The notes: generated by a model from the sequence alone, not told the origin. Shown: positions 33,975-45,411, numbered from the stretch's first letter. The stretch is 64,000 nucleotides of DNA from Octopus bimaculoides (GCF_001194135.2 NC_068984.1:57166642-57230641), one strand, 5' to 3'. Translations and numbers: made by a program.

Positions 33975-34323
33975 TACCACTCTACCCTGAATTGTGGCAC
34001 AATATGGACAGATTTCGGAATACCGATGAACTTTTATGTAAATGTATCAACTTAAACATATTACAATGGATAATTCCAAGTGGACTTCCCCTTTTTCTCT
34101 CTCCTGTTTCTCTTTCTTTTTCTTTTTTCTTGGTGATTTCTTCTTTGTGATATAATCTTGGGAAAGTATATATTTGCGAATATATTTGCGGCTGAAGATA
34201 GCTTTATACCATCCTGTCTATCAATTATGTACCCATATAATGATGCAACGACTGTTTGTGTATAAAGCTTGAAACACGTGTACCGCGGAATCCTTTGTGT
34301 TCTGTTTTAATTTTACGTTTTTA

Positions 34324-34325
<2 letters not shown>
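33975..34325 (+). mobile_element. Penelope-like element 3' / pseudo-LTR remnant
   Basis: CpG-retaining segment between (TA)n tracts, containing a minimal hammerhead with a palindromic stem III loop, a known hallmark of PLE terminal repeats. No RT or GIY-YIG ORF recognised. Confidence 0.6.
34185..34289 (+). ncRNA. Type I hammerhead ribozyme motif (minimal, PLE type)
   Basis: Stem I tttgcgg/ccgcgga; CUGAAGA at 34192-34198; 10-bp perfect stem II agctttatac/gtataaagct; GAAA at 34271-34274; stem III C-acgt-G; GUA cleavage triplet at 34280-34282. Confidence 0.78.
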
Positions 34326-34360
<35 letters not shown>

Positions 34361-34860
34361 TGTATGTATGTACATATGTATAAAATAAAATTTTCAGGAG
34401 CCAAAATGGAGTCGGGGATAGCATACCTATGCACTAACAGTATGTACGGACACTCACATACTAAATCAAATACAGATTTGTCCTTCCAAGTGTGCATACA
34501 TTCACAAGTATAGACCAAATACACAATGTATACATAAAAGTCACACAGGAGTATACTCTGGCAGGCAATCCATGGTCCACTATAGACTCAAGATCCAATG
34601 CAGGGAAGGTTTTGAGTGTGGCATCGTATAGATAATAACACAGATGCACTGAGGTTCACTACAGCTGTTTTCAGCTTAATTTTTTCCATCATATATGAGA
34701 TTAAAATACCGTAAGTGTTGGGAAAGAGGGTCATTTCCCAAGGTAGGTATAATATTATCAAATTTTCAGGATCCAATAGAATCAAAGTATTTTAATAACA
34801 AAAGCACCAAGGTAGCGTCGGGATAGCATACCTGTGCACTAACAGTGTGTACGGACATTA

Positions 34861-35086
34861 TATTGGGTTGTCCAGAAAGTTTGTGCCAATTTATAGTAGC
34901 TTACCTTTCGACTTATTTGCCATGAAACCACCTCAATTCTGGGAAGAGGGTATTCTCAAGTTAAAGGAAAGATGGAGAAGCATTGTGCAACAAAATGGTT
35001 CATATTTGGTTGATTAAAAATGTAATGGCAAGTATTGATTGACCTTTTTCTTTCCTTTAAAAATCGGCACGAACTTTCCGGACAAC

Positions 35087-35092
<6 letters not shown>
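34861..35092 (+). mobile_element. Non-autonomous mariner deletion derivative (MITE), 232 bp
   Basis: TATTGGGTTGTCCAGAAAGTTTGTGCCAATTT pairs with AAATCGGCACGAACTTTCCGGACAACCCAATA (29/32, terminal TA included). Internal FWEEGILKLKERWRSIVQQNGSYLVD* is a mariner transposase C-terminus. Confidence 0.93.
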
Positions 35093-35129
<37 letters not shown>

Positions 35130-35199
35130 CTGGCATCCTTTTGTCTCGGGAGATAATGGAGTTGTGCATCAACACTGAAGTGTCTTCTTTAGTTTTATG

Positions 35200-35520
35200 C
35201 AGGACTGGGCTAGATGCAAGAAAATTCTGGGTAGCCCAATCATGAGAATTCCTCTCTCAACCTTGCTGACGTAGTCCAAAGGAGTGCAGAGCATTACATT
35301 TGGCACCAGCTTGGTTGCAGGAGCTGCCGGAAGAATGTCGAGTCAAACACTAAACCACCTGTGGAGCACCACTCCGGATTTCTTTGAAAGTTGTCTCCTT
35401 TCCGTAACCCTTTGTAGGGGCCCATACCAGGTAATGTCAGCCAGCGCCAGCTGAGCCCGGGACTCGTGTCAGGTAGAGTCATCACTCCCTGAAGTAGTGA
35501 AGAAAATCACTACCCACTAC
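35200..35520 (+). mobile_element. Probable 5' leader of an RTE-clade LINE, isolated
   Basis: GC-rich block cctctctcaaccttgctgacgtagtccaaagg..gcagagc..tggcaccagc..gcaggagctgccggaag resembles RTE 5' UTRs as recalled; not database-verified. Confidence 0.45.
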
Positions 35521-35793
35521 CTACTATATATACTGCTAGCTAGGAAATGTATGTAGCCTAGATTTTACTTACTCCATTCCCTGAATTTGGATTTTTATTT
35601 GCATACATAGCAACTCCAGTTGCTAACTGTGAACTATAAAATAGCTTTTTTCAGCTTATTGCACTTCGATATGGGAAAACTTTATAACCTCCTACATCAA
35701 TAAATCACTACTGTTCCAGAAAGTTGTTTATTATTCCTTCTACAGACTGCTCGAAGCTTACTAACTTTCTACACCTGGATCCTTGGATCTTAC

Positions 35794-35837
<44 letters not shown>

Positions 35838-35940
35838 ACTTAAAAGAGTTCCAACTCTGCTTTTTATGTTTTTTATTTATATTCTTGTAAAATTTATGTG
35901 GGATATAGAATATGGAATATATAATATATAATATAAAAAA

Positions 35941-36635
35941 NNNNNNNNNNNNNNNNNNNNNNNNNNNNNNNNNNNNNNNNNNNNNNNNNNNNNNNNNNNN
36001 NNNNNNNNNNNNNNNNNNNNNNNNNNNNNNNNNNNNNNNNNNNNNNNNNNNNNNNNNNNNNNNNNNNNNNNNNNNNNNNNNNNNNNNNNNNNNNNNNNNN
36101 NNNNNNNNNNNNNNNNNNNNNNNNNNNNNNNNNNNNNNNNNNNNNNNNNNNNNNNNNNNNNNNNNNNNNNNNNNNNNNNNNNNNNNNNNNNNNNNNNNNN
36201 NNNNNNNNNNNNNNNNNNNNNNNNNNNNNNNNNNNNNNNNNNNNNNNNNNNNNNNNNNNNNNNNNNNNNNNNNNNNNNNNNNNNNNNNNNNNNNNNNNNN
36301 NNNNNNNNNNNNNNNNNNNNNNNNNNNNNNNNNNNNNNNNNNNNNNNNNNNNNNNNNNNNNNNNNNNNNNNNNNNNNNNNNNNNNNNNNNNNNNNNNNNN
36401 NNNNNNNNNNNNNNNNNNNNNNNNNNNNNNNNNNNNNNNNNNNNNNNNNNNNNNNNNNNNNNNNNNNNNNNNNNNNNNNNNNNNNNNNNNNNNNNNNNNN
36501 NNNNNNNNNNNNNNNNNNNNNNNNNNNNNNNNNNNNNNNNNNNNNNNNNNNNNNNNNNNNNNNNNNNNNNNNNNNNNNNNNNNNNNNNNNNNNNNNNNNN
36601 NNNNNNNNNNNNNNNNNNNNNNNNNNNNNNNNNNN
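35941..36635. other. Assembly gap (695 N)
   Basis: N-run. Confidence 0.99.
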
Positions 36636-37144
36636 TATATATATATATATATGACTACATTATCCTGTGTGTCCACCTTTGTTTAACATATTAGGTTATA
36701 ATTTTAGAGAAATTCTATTTTAGTAGGTCAAGCAAACACATAAAGGTCCTGTCCTTAGTTTGAACAATTTACAAAGTTCTAAAGACACAGTGAAGCAACT
36801 CTCAACTTCTTCATTTCTTTTTACATATATTTTCAAAGATATTTGTGTAGATATTAACTAAAAATAGTCTCTGAAGAGAACTTTTCCCAAGTCAGCGTTG
36901 CTTTTTGTTAAGTAATGTTCTGTTACCATAATGATTTATTTAGTATTCATTGATAGTTATATGTCATTCCAATCATTAATTCACTGGTTTCATTTGTTGC
37001 ATGGGAATTCACACACCTCTACTTATATTTCATAGTTTCTATTATTTCTTTTAAAACAAATCACACCTGATCACCTGTGTTAAACTGTTTCGTTGTTGTT
37101 ATTTTTTCTTGCCTCTTTTTGTGAACTCAACAGTTAGATTAACT

Positions 37145-37490
37145 CGAATTCATTTATGATTGGTTGTACCTATAGCAGACCGGGTGTTGTGAGTGTTTAT
37201 TGAGCAAAAACACCTAAAGCTCCATGAGGCTCCGGCAGGAGATGGTAGAGAACCCTGCTGTACTCTTTCACCACAACTTTCTCTCACTCTTACTGTTTTT
37301 TTTTTTTTGTGCCTGTAATTCAAAGGGTCAGCCTTGTCACACTGTGTCACGCTGAATATCCCCAAGAACTACGTTAAGGGTACACGTGTCTGTGGAGTGC
37401 TCAGCCACTTGCACGTTAATTTCACGAGCAGGCTGTTCCATTGATCGGATCAACTCGATGTTGTAAGCGACGGAGTGCCAACAACAAAAT
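37145..37490 (+). mobile_element. SINE-like element, family E
   Basis: 37318-37450 (ttcaaagggtcagccttgtcaca..gaactacgttaagggtacacgtgtctg..ttgatcggatca) aligns with 57330-57460. Ends in caacaacaa. Confidence 0.82.
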
Positions 37491-37804
37491 CTTTCAAATA
37501 CCTGTTGTGTTTATTCATGTAAAATACAAGAAATTAAACTGTAAATAACATCAAAGTCAAAATTAAGGGTTAGCATTATACTAAAATGTTAAAAAAAGAA
37601 AGAAAGAAAAAAGTCTGTATTAATGATCTGGGAAGGATGAAAGGTATTGTCAACTTTTGCAGGAGTTGAACTCAAATGTTGGTAACTGGATAATGATTAT
37701 TTATCAGCATCCTTTTAAAGTCAATGTGTTGACATCAATAAAGCTTCGTTTCTGTTTGAAATCTATTTTGCATACATCATTCTTCTTGAAATTAGTAGTT
37801 TCCC

Positions 37805-38150
37805 CAGCATGATAGTGTGTTAAGAAGTTAGCTTCTGAACCACATGGTTCTGGGTTCAGACTCATTGTGTGGCACCTTGGGCAAATATTTTGTTATAGGT
37901 TGACCAAAGCCTTGTGAGTGAATGTGGTAGAGGGAAACTGTAAGAATATGTGTGTGTATCTGTGTATGTCTTTGTGTTTGTTCCTCACCATTGCTTCACA
38001 GCCAGTTTTGGTTTATTTATGTCCTTGTTACTTGACGATTTGGCAAAAGTGTCCAATTGAGCAAGTACCAGACTTTAAAAAATAATTACTGGGATCAATT
38101 TGTTTAACTAGCATGACCAAAATCTACTGACTGAAACAAGTAAAAGGTAA
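37805..38150 (+). mobile_element. SINE family A, near full length
   Basis: aaccacatggttctgggttcaga..gtggcaccttgggcaa..gaccaaagccttgtgagtg..tgactgaaacaagtaaaag. Confidence 0.88.
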
Positions 38151-39039
38151 AGATGTGCACGTGCACACACACACACACATATGGCTGTTTGCTGTCAAAT
38201 TTGAGATTACAGTAACATACTCTATCTAGTATTTTTCGCTGCCATAGATAGCTTTACCTTCCGTAGAAATTAAACTCAGCACTTCAAGCTTACAAAATAC
38301 TGCTGCTACATACAGATGTGATTTATATCACCTGTGTAATTGCTCACATCTAAATGGACAGGACCATTGCTTTTCTTGGTCACAGACATAACAGCACCAG
38401 TGACACAATATGTAATTTCAATTTCTTTGGTGTATATCTACTATCCTATCGATTCAGTTGTTATTACATTTCCTTCAATAAACCACAACCAAAGCTAAAT
38501 TATTGATTGTCAATGGAGACCACTAAAGATGCCACTAAAAATGTTGTATTTTCCGTTGATGAAGCCATTGTTCTTATTGTTGATGTGCTTATTTCCAAGA
38601 TAACTGTAGTTGGGTAAATTTATTAGTAAGAGCACACAGGCCCATCCACCTTTATTTCGTATGATTCAATATTTTATCTTCTTTTTTATTTTTTTTTTGT
38701 TAAACTGATAGAGTTTGATTTGAAAGATATATTACTGCTCTTTTTAGTAGGTCAAGTGAATGTGTTGAGGCTTCTTCACTAGCTTGAATGATCAAAGGTC
38801 CAAAGCTACCACCAGTACTGTTAAGCTCATTCTTTCTTCTCTTATTACAGTGTGTGATCCTATGTAAAGCCTTTGTTATAAACAGAAGTCTTCGAGTGGA
38901 ATGAAAAAGTTCAACCTTATTACTATTAGATGAAGGTCTGATACTTAATCTATTGGGCTCTTTTGCCAAACTGGTGGTATATTATGGGAACATAAACTAA
39001 TGAGTATCCAATGAGAAGTAGTGGAAGAAGACAACACAC

Positions 39040-39200
39040 ATATGCATGTGAGTCTGTGTGTGTGTATCTGTCCTCCAGATTCACCCACAAAACATTGATT
39101 GACCTGGGGTTATAGTAGAAGACACTTGCGCTGGGTATCATACAGTGGAACTGAACCTGAAACCACATGGTTGCAAAGAGAGCTTCTTAACTACACAGCC
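39040..39200 (-). mobile_element. SINE family A, head part
   Basis: gggttatagtagaagacacttgc..ggaactgaacctgaaaccacatggttgc..cttaactacacagccatg. Confidence 0.82.
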
Positions 39201-39204
39201 ATGA

Positions 39205-39352
39205 CTTTTACCATCATCCTCATCATTTAATGTCTGTATGCTGGCAGAGGTTGGAGGGCTTGACAAGAGCTGACAAGTCAGAAGATTGCACCAAGCTCCA
39301 CAGTCTGTTTTGGCATGGCTTTTACAGCAGGATACCCTTCTGAATGCCATGT
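39205..39352 (-). mobile_element. Family B remnant
   Basis: catcatcctcatcatttaatgtctg..caccaagctcca..ttttacagcaggatacccttct. Confidence 0.7.
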
Positions 39353-40244
39353 ATAAAAATAATTCTGTTATGGGTTTGTTTTGTTTTGTTTTTCTTTTTG
39401 AAATGTGTAATTTTAGTCTTTCACAACTGAATAACTAACTACAAAGCATCCACTCTTCCAGCCTCCACAATAGTATTCCTTTTCATGCTGACATCTTAAA
39501 TGGATTGTTACAATCATAAATCATATAGCAATTGATATTTAAATGGTCTGGTAAACATAATCAAAGCATAATGAGACTGTACTAATAGTGACCTGTCTCA
39601 ATAATCATTCTATGATGCATTCTTGGCTGCACTGCTTTCCCATACATTTATACACCCACACACACACACATTTTGCACTATTTCAATAATTCATTGCACA
39701 ATTTCATTAATTCATGAGGTGTATAAAACAGAAATTAGAATTGATTACCACCTAACTTCCATAACTGGTTTAGGTTGCTAATTTATGGAGAATTTATAAT
39801 CATTTTCTCTGCCATTCCCCATGATTTTATTATTTTATATTGGTAAACAGTGTTTCTATTGTCTCATTCATCCTCCCATGTATTGAAGAGGGTACTCCAA
39901 CATGGCTGCAGTCCAATCTCTGAAACCAGTCAAAGAATAGAAACAATGTATCTATTATACCTCTATTTCATTTAATATGGTTGGTAATGGGCTTTGTTAT
40001 ATTCAACTTTCAGGGAGGTGAGCAAAAAGCAGGGTCTTTTAATTCACTGTTGTCACCACTGTTAGTTTAATAGAAATTATCTTTATGTGGAGTATTATTC
40101 TGTTTTCATGGTTTTGAGTGAATTGACACATGCTTAAGGCATTAATTTGTCACAAGCCCTGTCCCTTGAAGATGTACCTCTCTACAGCAACTAGTTAAAA
40201 TAGCCATTAGATCTATCACTGGTACCCCAACCAAAACTATAATA

Positions 40245-42128
40245 ATAGTAATAATAATAATTCATTCTTTTATTGGCCACAGGGACTAATATAAATCAAA
40301 ACATTAAAGGACAACACAAGACAATATATAAAGAGTTTTGCAAGAAAAAAAAAACATTTGTGTAAACATTTGATAACCATAAAATAATTCAACAAATAAA
40401 AAAACTCCCAATGGTGGGAGAGGTGCTTTAAAAGTTAATTGTGGAAAAACCCATAAAAGCTATGGGTGCCTGATCAACAGGGCAAGAGCCCTTCTCCTTT
40501 TATACTTTTTTTTTTTTACAGGTGTATTCTCAGAATTGGTCCATCCATACTGGCCATTTTTCTGACATCCACCCACTTTTCAACAAATTTGCTAGAAGAC
40601 AACACTTCCCTCTTTACCCTCATTTTCCTTTTCAAGTGGAACTTGAAAAAGTTAATGAGATCTTGGCCAAAGAGGAAAGTGTCTGACTTTAGCCCTTTCA
40701 AACAGATCCACCATACTACTTCTTTCTCTACAGTCACAAGACAAATGAAAATTGCCTACCCCTCCCAGTTAAAGGAGGCCAGTGGTGCAAGCTTCGCCAT
40801 GGATTCAGCTGATAGCCAGATCCATCTTACATGCGACAGCGACTGTTCAGCATAAACCTACTGGTCAGCAATGTTTGGGTACTGGACGAGTGTGTGCAGA
40901 ATGGTTTCATCGCTCTGAGCGTACCTTGGGCAGGTCTGCCTGACAGCACTTCTGTGCCTGAATAGTTTATTCTGAACAGGCAGCGCTCCTTGATAGCACT
41001 GCCAGGCAAGGGATTTCTGGAAGTTATCCATATGCCCAGGCTCGAAAGTTCTCCAAAACAGACCAGTTAGTTGATCCTCATCAATACCCAGAGTTTCCCT
41101 GCAAACATTGTCACACTTTCCCTCCACTAGCCCTCTATAGAATGCTAGAATGGAACTACCACCAACCGCATTGCCCACCTAGCAGAGAGCTGTGAGCACT
41201 TGATGGCACTTGAAGTGCCAAGCATCCTTTCTCGGTCTATGCTTGATCCAAGATTGCAGCTCAGTCAAAGAGATGAGCTGTGGAAAGGTGAGTCTGACAA
41301 ACAGCGAACACACTTTTTCACCATCCAGGAAATGCTTGAGATGTCATAGCCTGAGTGCATGTCTGCACATCAGCAACCACAGCATGCCAAGGCCTCCATT
41401 CAGCAGCTGTTGACAGCAGATGGAGCACCTGATCAGTGGAACTACCCCTTCCACAAAAAGTGGAAGAGTAAGCAGTTTGGTCAACCAGCAATCGGAGCAA
41501 AGGACAATAGTCAAGTGGTAATAGATAATGAATGCAATGTACACATTTGCCACCTTGACTTGACCTTTCAGGGACAGCTTCCTTTTGACCCATTCTGGGT
41601 GAGATTGGCTACCCTGTTCGTCACCTCTTCCCAGTTTTTCTCCACCTGGTAGTCCAAACCAAACCAGATCCCAAGCAGTTTAACCGGACTGTCTGTCCTA
41701 TGTTCCACAATGCTGTTGGACAGCATGGACTTGCCTCTCCAGGTGCCAAGTTGCAAGCACACTGACTTTTCTGCATTAATTTTGGCTCCTGTCACCGCTT
41801 TGTATTTGTTTAGTGTGTTGCCAATCAGGTCAATATGCCTGTGGCTCGACACTATCACAGTGACATCATTGGTATAGGCAGACATGCTCTTCCCACACAC
41901 CTTAGATCATGCAGGACACCCCTCAATGCCTCCAACTTCTACAGTAGTGGCTTGAGAGTCAGTACAGGGGTCTGTACAAGGGAGAGAGAGCATCCTTCGC
42001 AGACTGAGCGCAAGATGCTGAACGGCTCTGACAGATGACCGTTCACCTGTATAACTGTGCAGATGCCACTGTACAAAGCAGGGATCCACTCACGGAAGAC
42101 TGGACCGAAACCAGCTGCCTTGAGAACA
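40245..42128 (-). mobile_element. L1/Tx1-clade LINE, 5'-truncated ORF2 (RT C-half, zf-RVT, C-terminus) plus 3' UTR
   Basis: AAGFGPVFREWI; SAYTNDVTVIV (YADD-like); TGAKINAEKS..LGTW; VKLLGIWFG; ALPVQNKL..TCPRYAQSDETILH; FFKFHLKRKMRV..EKWV..*. The 3' UTR ends aataaaagaatgaattattatt. Many frameshifts. Confidence 0.9.
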
Positions 42129-42131
42129 GCT

Positions 42132-42355
42132 TAATAACCCTTTCTATTATAGGCACAAGGCCTGAAATTTTGAGTCAAGGGACCCGTCAATTATTGTGAC
42201 CCCCACTACTCAACTGGCACTTATTTCATTGACCTCAAGAGGATGAAAGACAATGCTAACCTCTGGAATTTGAACTCAGAATGTAAAGACAGATGAAATG
42301 CTGCTAAGCATTTTGCCCAGATTGCTAATGATTCTGCCTACTCAATACCGCAATG

Positions 42356-42419
<64 letters not shown>

Positions 42420-43265
42420 TTAATAATAATAATAATAATAATCCTTTCTGCTGAAGGCACAAGGCCTGAAATTTTGTGGTGAAGGGACTAGTCAATTACA
42501 TCAACTCCAGTGTTTTGCTGATACTTATTCTATCGACCCTGAAAGGATGAAAGGCAAAGTCGACCTCAGTGGTATTTGAACTCAGAACATAGCAATGGGT
42601 GAAATACTGCTAAGCATTTTGTCCAATGATAATAATTATGGTGATGATGATAATTTCACATTTTGGCATATGGCCAGCAATTTTGGCAGAGGGGATAAGT
42701 TGATTACATCAACTCCAGTGTTCAACTGGTACTTATTTTATTGACCCTGAAAAGATAAAAGGCAAACTTGACCTTGGCAGAATTTGAACTCAGAGCATAA
42801 AGATGGGCAAAATGCTGCTAAGCATTTGCCCATCTTTATGTTCTACCAACTCACTGCCTTGAATAATAATATTGTTATTATTTTCAAATTCTTTGGCCCA
42901 AGACCATCAATTTTAGAGGAAGGAGGTTGATTACATTGACTTCTGTGGTTGATTGGTACTTTATCAACCCAAGGAGATGTAAGGCAAAGGTTGATTTTGA
43001 TAGAATTTGAAGTCAGAATGTAAAGTATTGTAACAAATACCACAACGTATTTTCTATGGAAAATCTGTAGAGATGTCCTTAACATGTAAAATAGGTTTTT
43101 ATTCCTATGCTTCAACAATTCTGCAAACAGGTACAAGACCAGATATTTGGGTGGAGGGATTAGAAGATTAAATAGATCCCAGTTTTTTCTTGAAACTTTA
43201 TTTTAATTGATTCTGGAAAGATTAAAGCAAAGTTGACCTTGGCAAGGTTTGAACTCAAAATGTTA
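42132..43265 (-). mobile_element. Head-to-tail stack of five SINE family C copies separated by AAT-rich tracts
   Basis: Copies at about 42132-42351, 42440-42625, 42655-42860, 42882-43075 and 43115-43265, each with a ..aaagg/gc..aaagt(c/t)gacct..tttgaactca/gtca block. Confidence 0.9.
42352..42442. repeat. (AAT)n microsatellite, longest in window
   Basis: About 30 units with one interruption. Confidence 0.98.
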
Positions 43266-43267
43266 AG

Positions 43268-43688
43268 GACCATAACATACTGGAATTATTTAAAGAGGAG
43301 GGAAGTTGTGGAAGAGGGAGACCCAGGAAGATATGAGCCAATCTCAAAATTCTGAACCTAATGGAGGAGATGACAGAGGATCGAGATATGTGGTGCATTG
43401 CTGTACTTGAGAATACATGGCCACTACAACAGAATTGCAATCCTAAATCCAAGGTGCCACATAAAAGACATTGGTGTGGGTACTGGTGCCATGTAAAAAG
43501 CACTGGTGATGGTGCCAAGTAAAAAGCACTCTGTGAAGTGGTTGGCATTAGGAAGGGCATCCAACCATAGAAACTAATGCCAAAATAGACTATGGAACCT
43601 GGTGCTGCCCCTAGTCTTGCCAGTTCCTGTCAAGCTATCCAACCCATGCCAGCATGGAAAACACATTAAATGTTGATGATGATGATTA
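43268..43688 (+). mobile_element. RTE LINE 3' end continuing into the family B terminus
   Basis: EGSCGRGRPRKI..NLMEEMTEDRDMW (GRPRKTW..DR..W motif of RTE), then gtggttggcattaggaagggcatcca..ttaaatgttgatgatgatgat. Confidence 0.82.
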
Positions 43689-43699
43689 TTATAAACAGG

Positions 43700-43870
43700 C
43701 CTAATAATAATAAAGATTTTATGTAAGTACATGTTGAAGGAGGTTGTAGTCAATTAAATTGCTCTCTAGTACTTGACATGTTTATTTTATTGATCTCAGA
43801 ACAATGAAAGGTTTAGTCAATCCCTACAGACTTTGAATGTAAAGCAACATAATTAAATAGAACCATACAT
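43700..43870 (-). mobile_element. SINE family C, highly degraded
   Basis: gtagtcaattaaattg..tagtacttgac..ttttattgatctcagaacaatgaaagg. Confidence 0.5.
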
Positions 43871-44936
43871 TTTGTGCACTTTCCAACTGGTTCTAGCAAT
43901 TGTTTGTATAAAACATAGCAATATTACTAACATATAGATGATGGTTATTATAGATAGGCTGGAGTCATGTGTATGGTATTTTTGTCTCATTAATAATAGC
44001 CAATCAGTTAACAGCTAAAATTAGCCTGAGTTAAGCTAAATAACTCTAATGGCATGAACTTGAGTAAAGTTAAGGGGTGTTTTACTGAATGTTATACTCA
44101 AAATATACTTTATTAACTAAAAGTTCTCTCTCAGTTGGAGAAAGTAAACATAACTCTAGCAATAGTTTGTCAGTGATTCTCAAAGAAGTGGGGGAGATAA
44201 CTTCAAAACATTGAAAATTAATTTCTCATATATCTAATTAATTTTTTGTGTATTTGGGAACTTAATTCTTAATTTTTTTGAAATTACTCTCAGTTTTTTC
44301 TTTGAGAGTCCCAAACAACTACTGCTAGGTTTTTGTTCTCTTTCTCCAATGAAGATGAAATTTACTATTAAAAGTGAAATTTTATGTACAACATTCAGTA
44401 CATGTTAGATTATTCAACCACTAAAACTTATATGGGAAGTATAAATATCATAATACCATTTCAGTTCTCCTACAAATTATACTATTGTTGTCATCATTAA
44501 GTCAAGGCTACTGGGGTTAACTCTGGCTCAAAACCATTGTAGTAACATTCTACAAACTTTTCTGTGGTAGTAGGGGAATTGGGTGAAGTTTAACATTGTA
44601 TCCAGAATCTTGATAGTGTGATACCAGTGACAAAGCAATAGAGATGATTGGAGATGTCAAACTGTTGCAGCTCTTGTGTTCTTGTGTTTATTGCTTTAAA
44701 ACTGTGTTCCTTGCATAGCTAAAGCAAATGGTTATCTATTATTTTCAAGAAGTTAAACCATATCTCACTGTTCAAAATGTTGTTTAAATGTTTACCACAG
44801 CCATAGAGTGTATTCGTCACACTTCAGCCTGTTCCACTGGATTTTATACTTTACCATATTCTTGGCATGTGAAGCTAGAAAGGTTATTGGCAATTAACCC
44901 AATTGTTACTTTGAGATTCTAGATGGAAAGGGTGAC

Positions 44937-45149
44937 TTAACCCTTTAGCATTCAAACTGGCCAAAATATTTTACATGTTTTACGTTGAAACCAGCCAGCC
45001 TCTCACATCTAACCTATGATGTCCTTCTGAAAAATAAGCAATCACATAATGAAAATCATGAAACTATGAGATAATGTATGAATAATTCAAAATAATGTGA
45101 ATAAATAAGTATTGCATTTGATAGAGTAATCTGAATGCTAAAGGGCTAA
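44937..45149. mobile_element. piggyBac-type MITE (~205 bp)
   Basis: TTAA-CCCTTTAGCATTCA at the left end and TGAATGCTAAAGGG-CTAA at the right: a 14-bp perfect TIR with CCC/GGG ends, and a TTAA TSD with one substitution. Confidence 0.85.
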
Positions 45150-45235
45150 TGTCCTTTTCACAATTTGACAAGTGTTCTGCACATTACCCATTACTCTCAC
45201 TCTGTGTAGCAGTGAATTGTATTTGATTATGTTAC

Positions 45236-45411
45236 TTATTTATTGCTTGGTGCAAGAATTGAGCGTTTGGGGCCATAGAATATAACAGGATATGAACCAT
45301 CACTCTGCCCATGGTTTATCTGTGGAAGTTCAGGCTGGATACTGAGTGCATCAGTTGCACCTATCTCATTAGGAAAGCCTTCAAAACTTATGCTGGTCAC
45401 TGTCCCTTCTG
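45236..45411 (-). CDS. Candidate terminal coding exon, 57 aa: EGTVTSISFEGFPNEIGATDALSIQPELPQINHGQSDGSYPVIFYGPKRSILAPSNK*
   Basis: Follows T-rich ..aaaatctaatcag. GC-richer than the flanks, one long open frame, no match to repeat families in this window. No homolog recognised. Confidence 0.25.

Noticed and set aside
35205-35340. Possible HDV-like ribozyme in the RTE 5' leader (gcagagc could be P1)
   Set aside because: HDV-like ribozymes are known in RTE leaders, but here the 5' P1 strand is disrupted and I could not build P3/P1.1/P2 by eye. Left unsupported pending a covariance-model search.
40503-40525. Poly-T-acag|gt, a second apparent acceptor or ratchet site
   Set aside because: It is the reverse complement of the L1/Tx1 ORF2 stop codon and following A-run.
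42352-43265. Regularly spaced repeats superficially like a CRISPR or repeat-spacer array
   Set aside because: Units are ~200-bp diverged SINEs separated by microsatellites; eukaryotic context and no cas genes.
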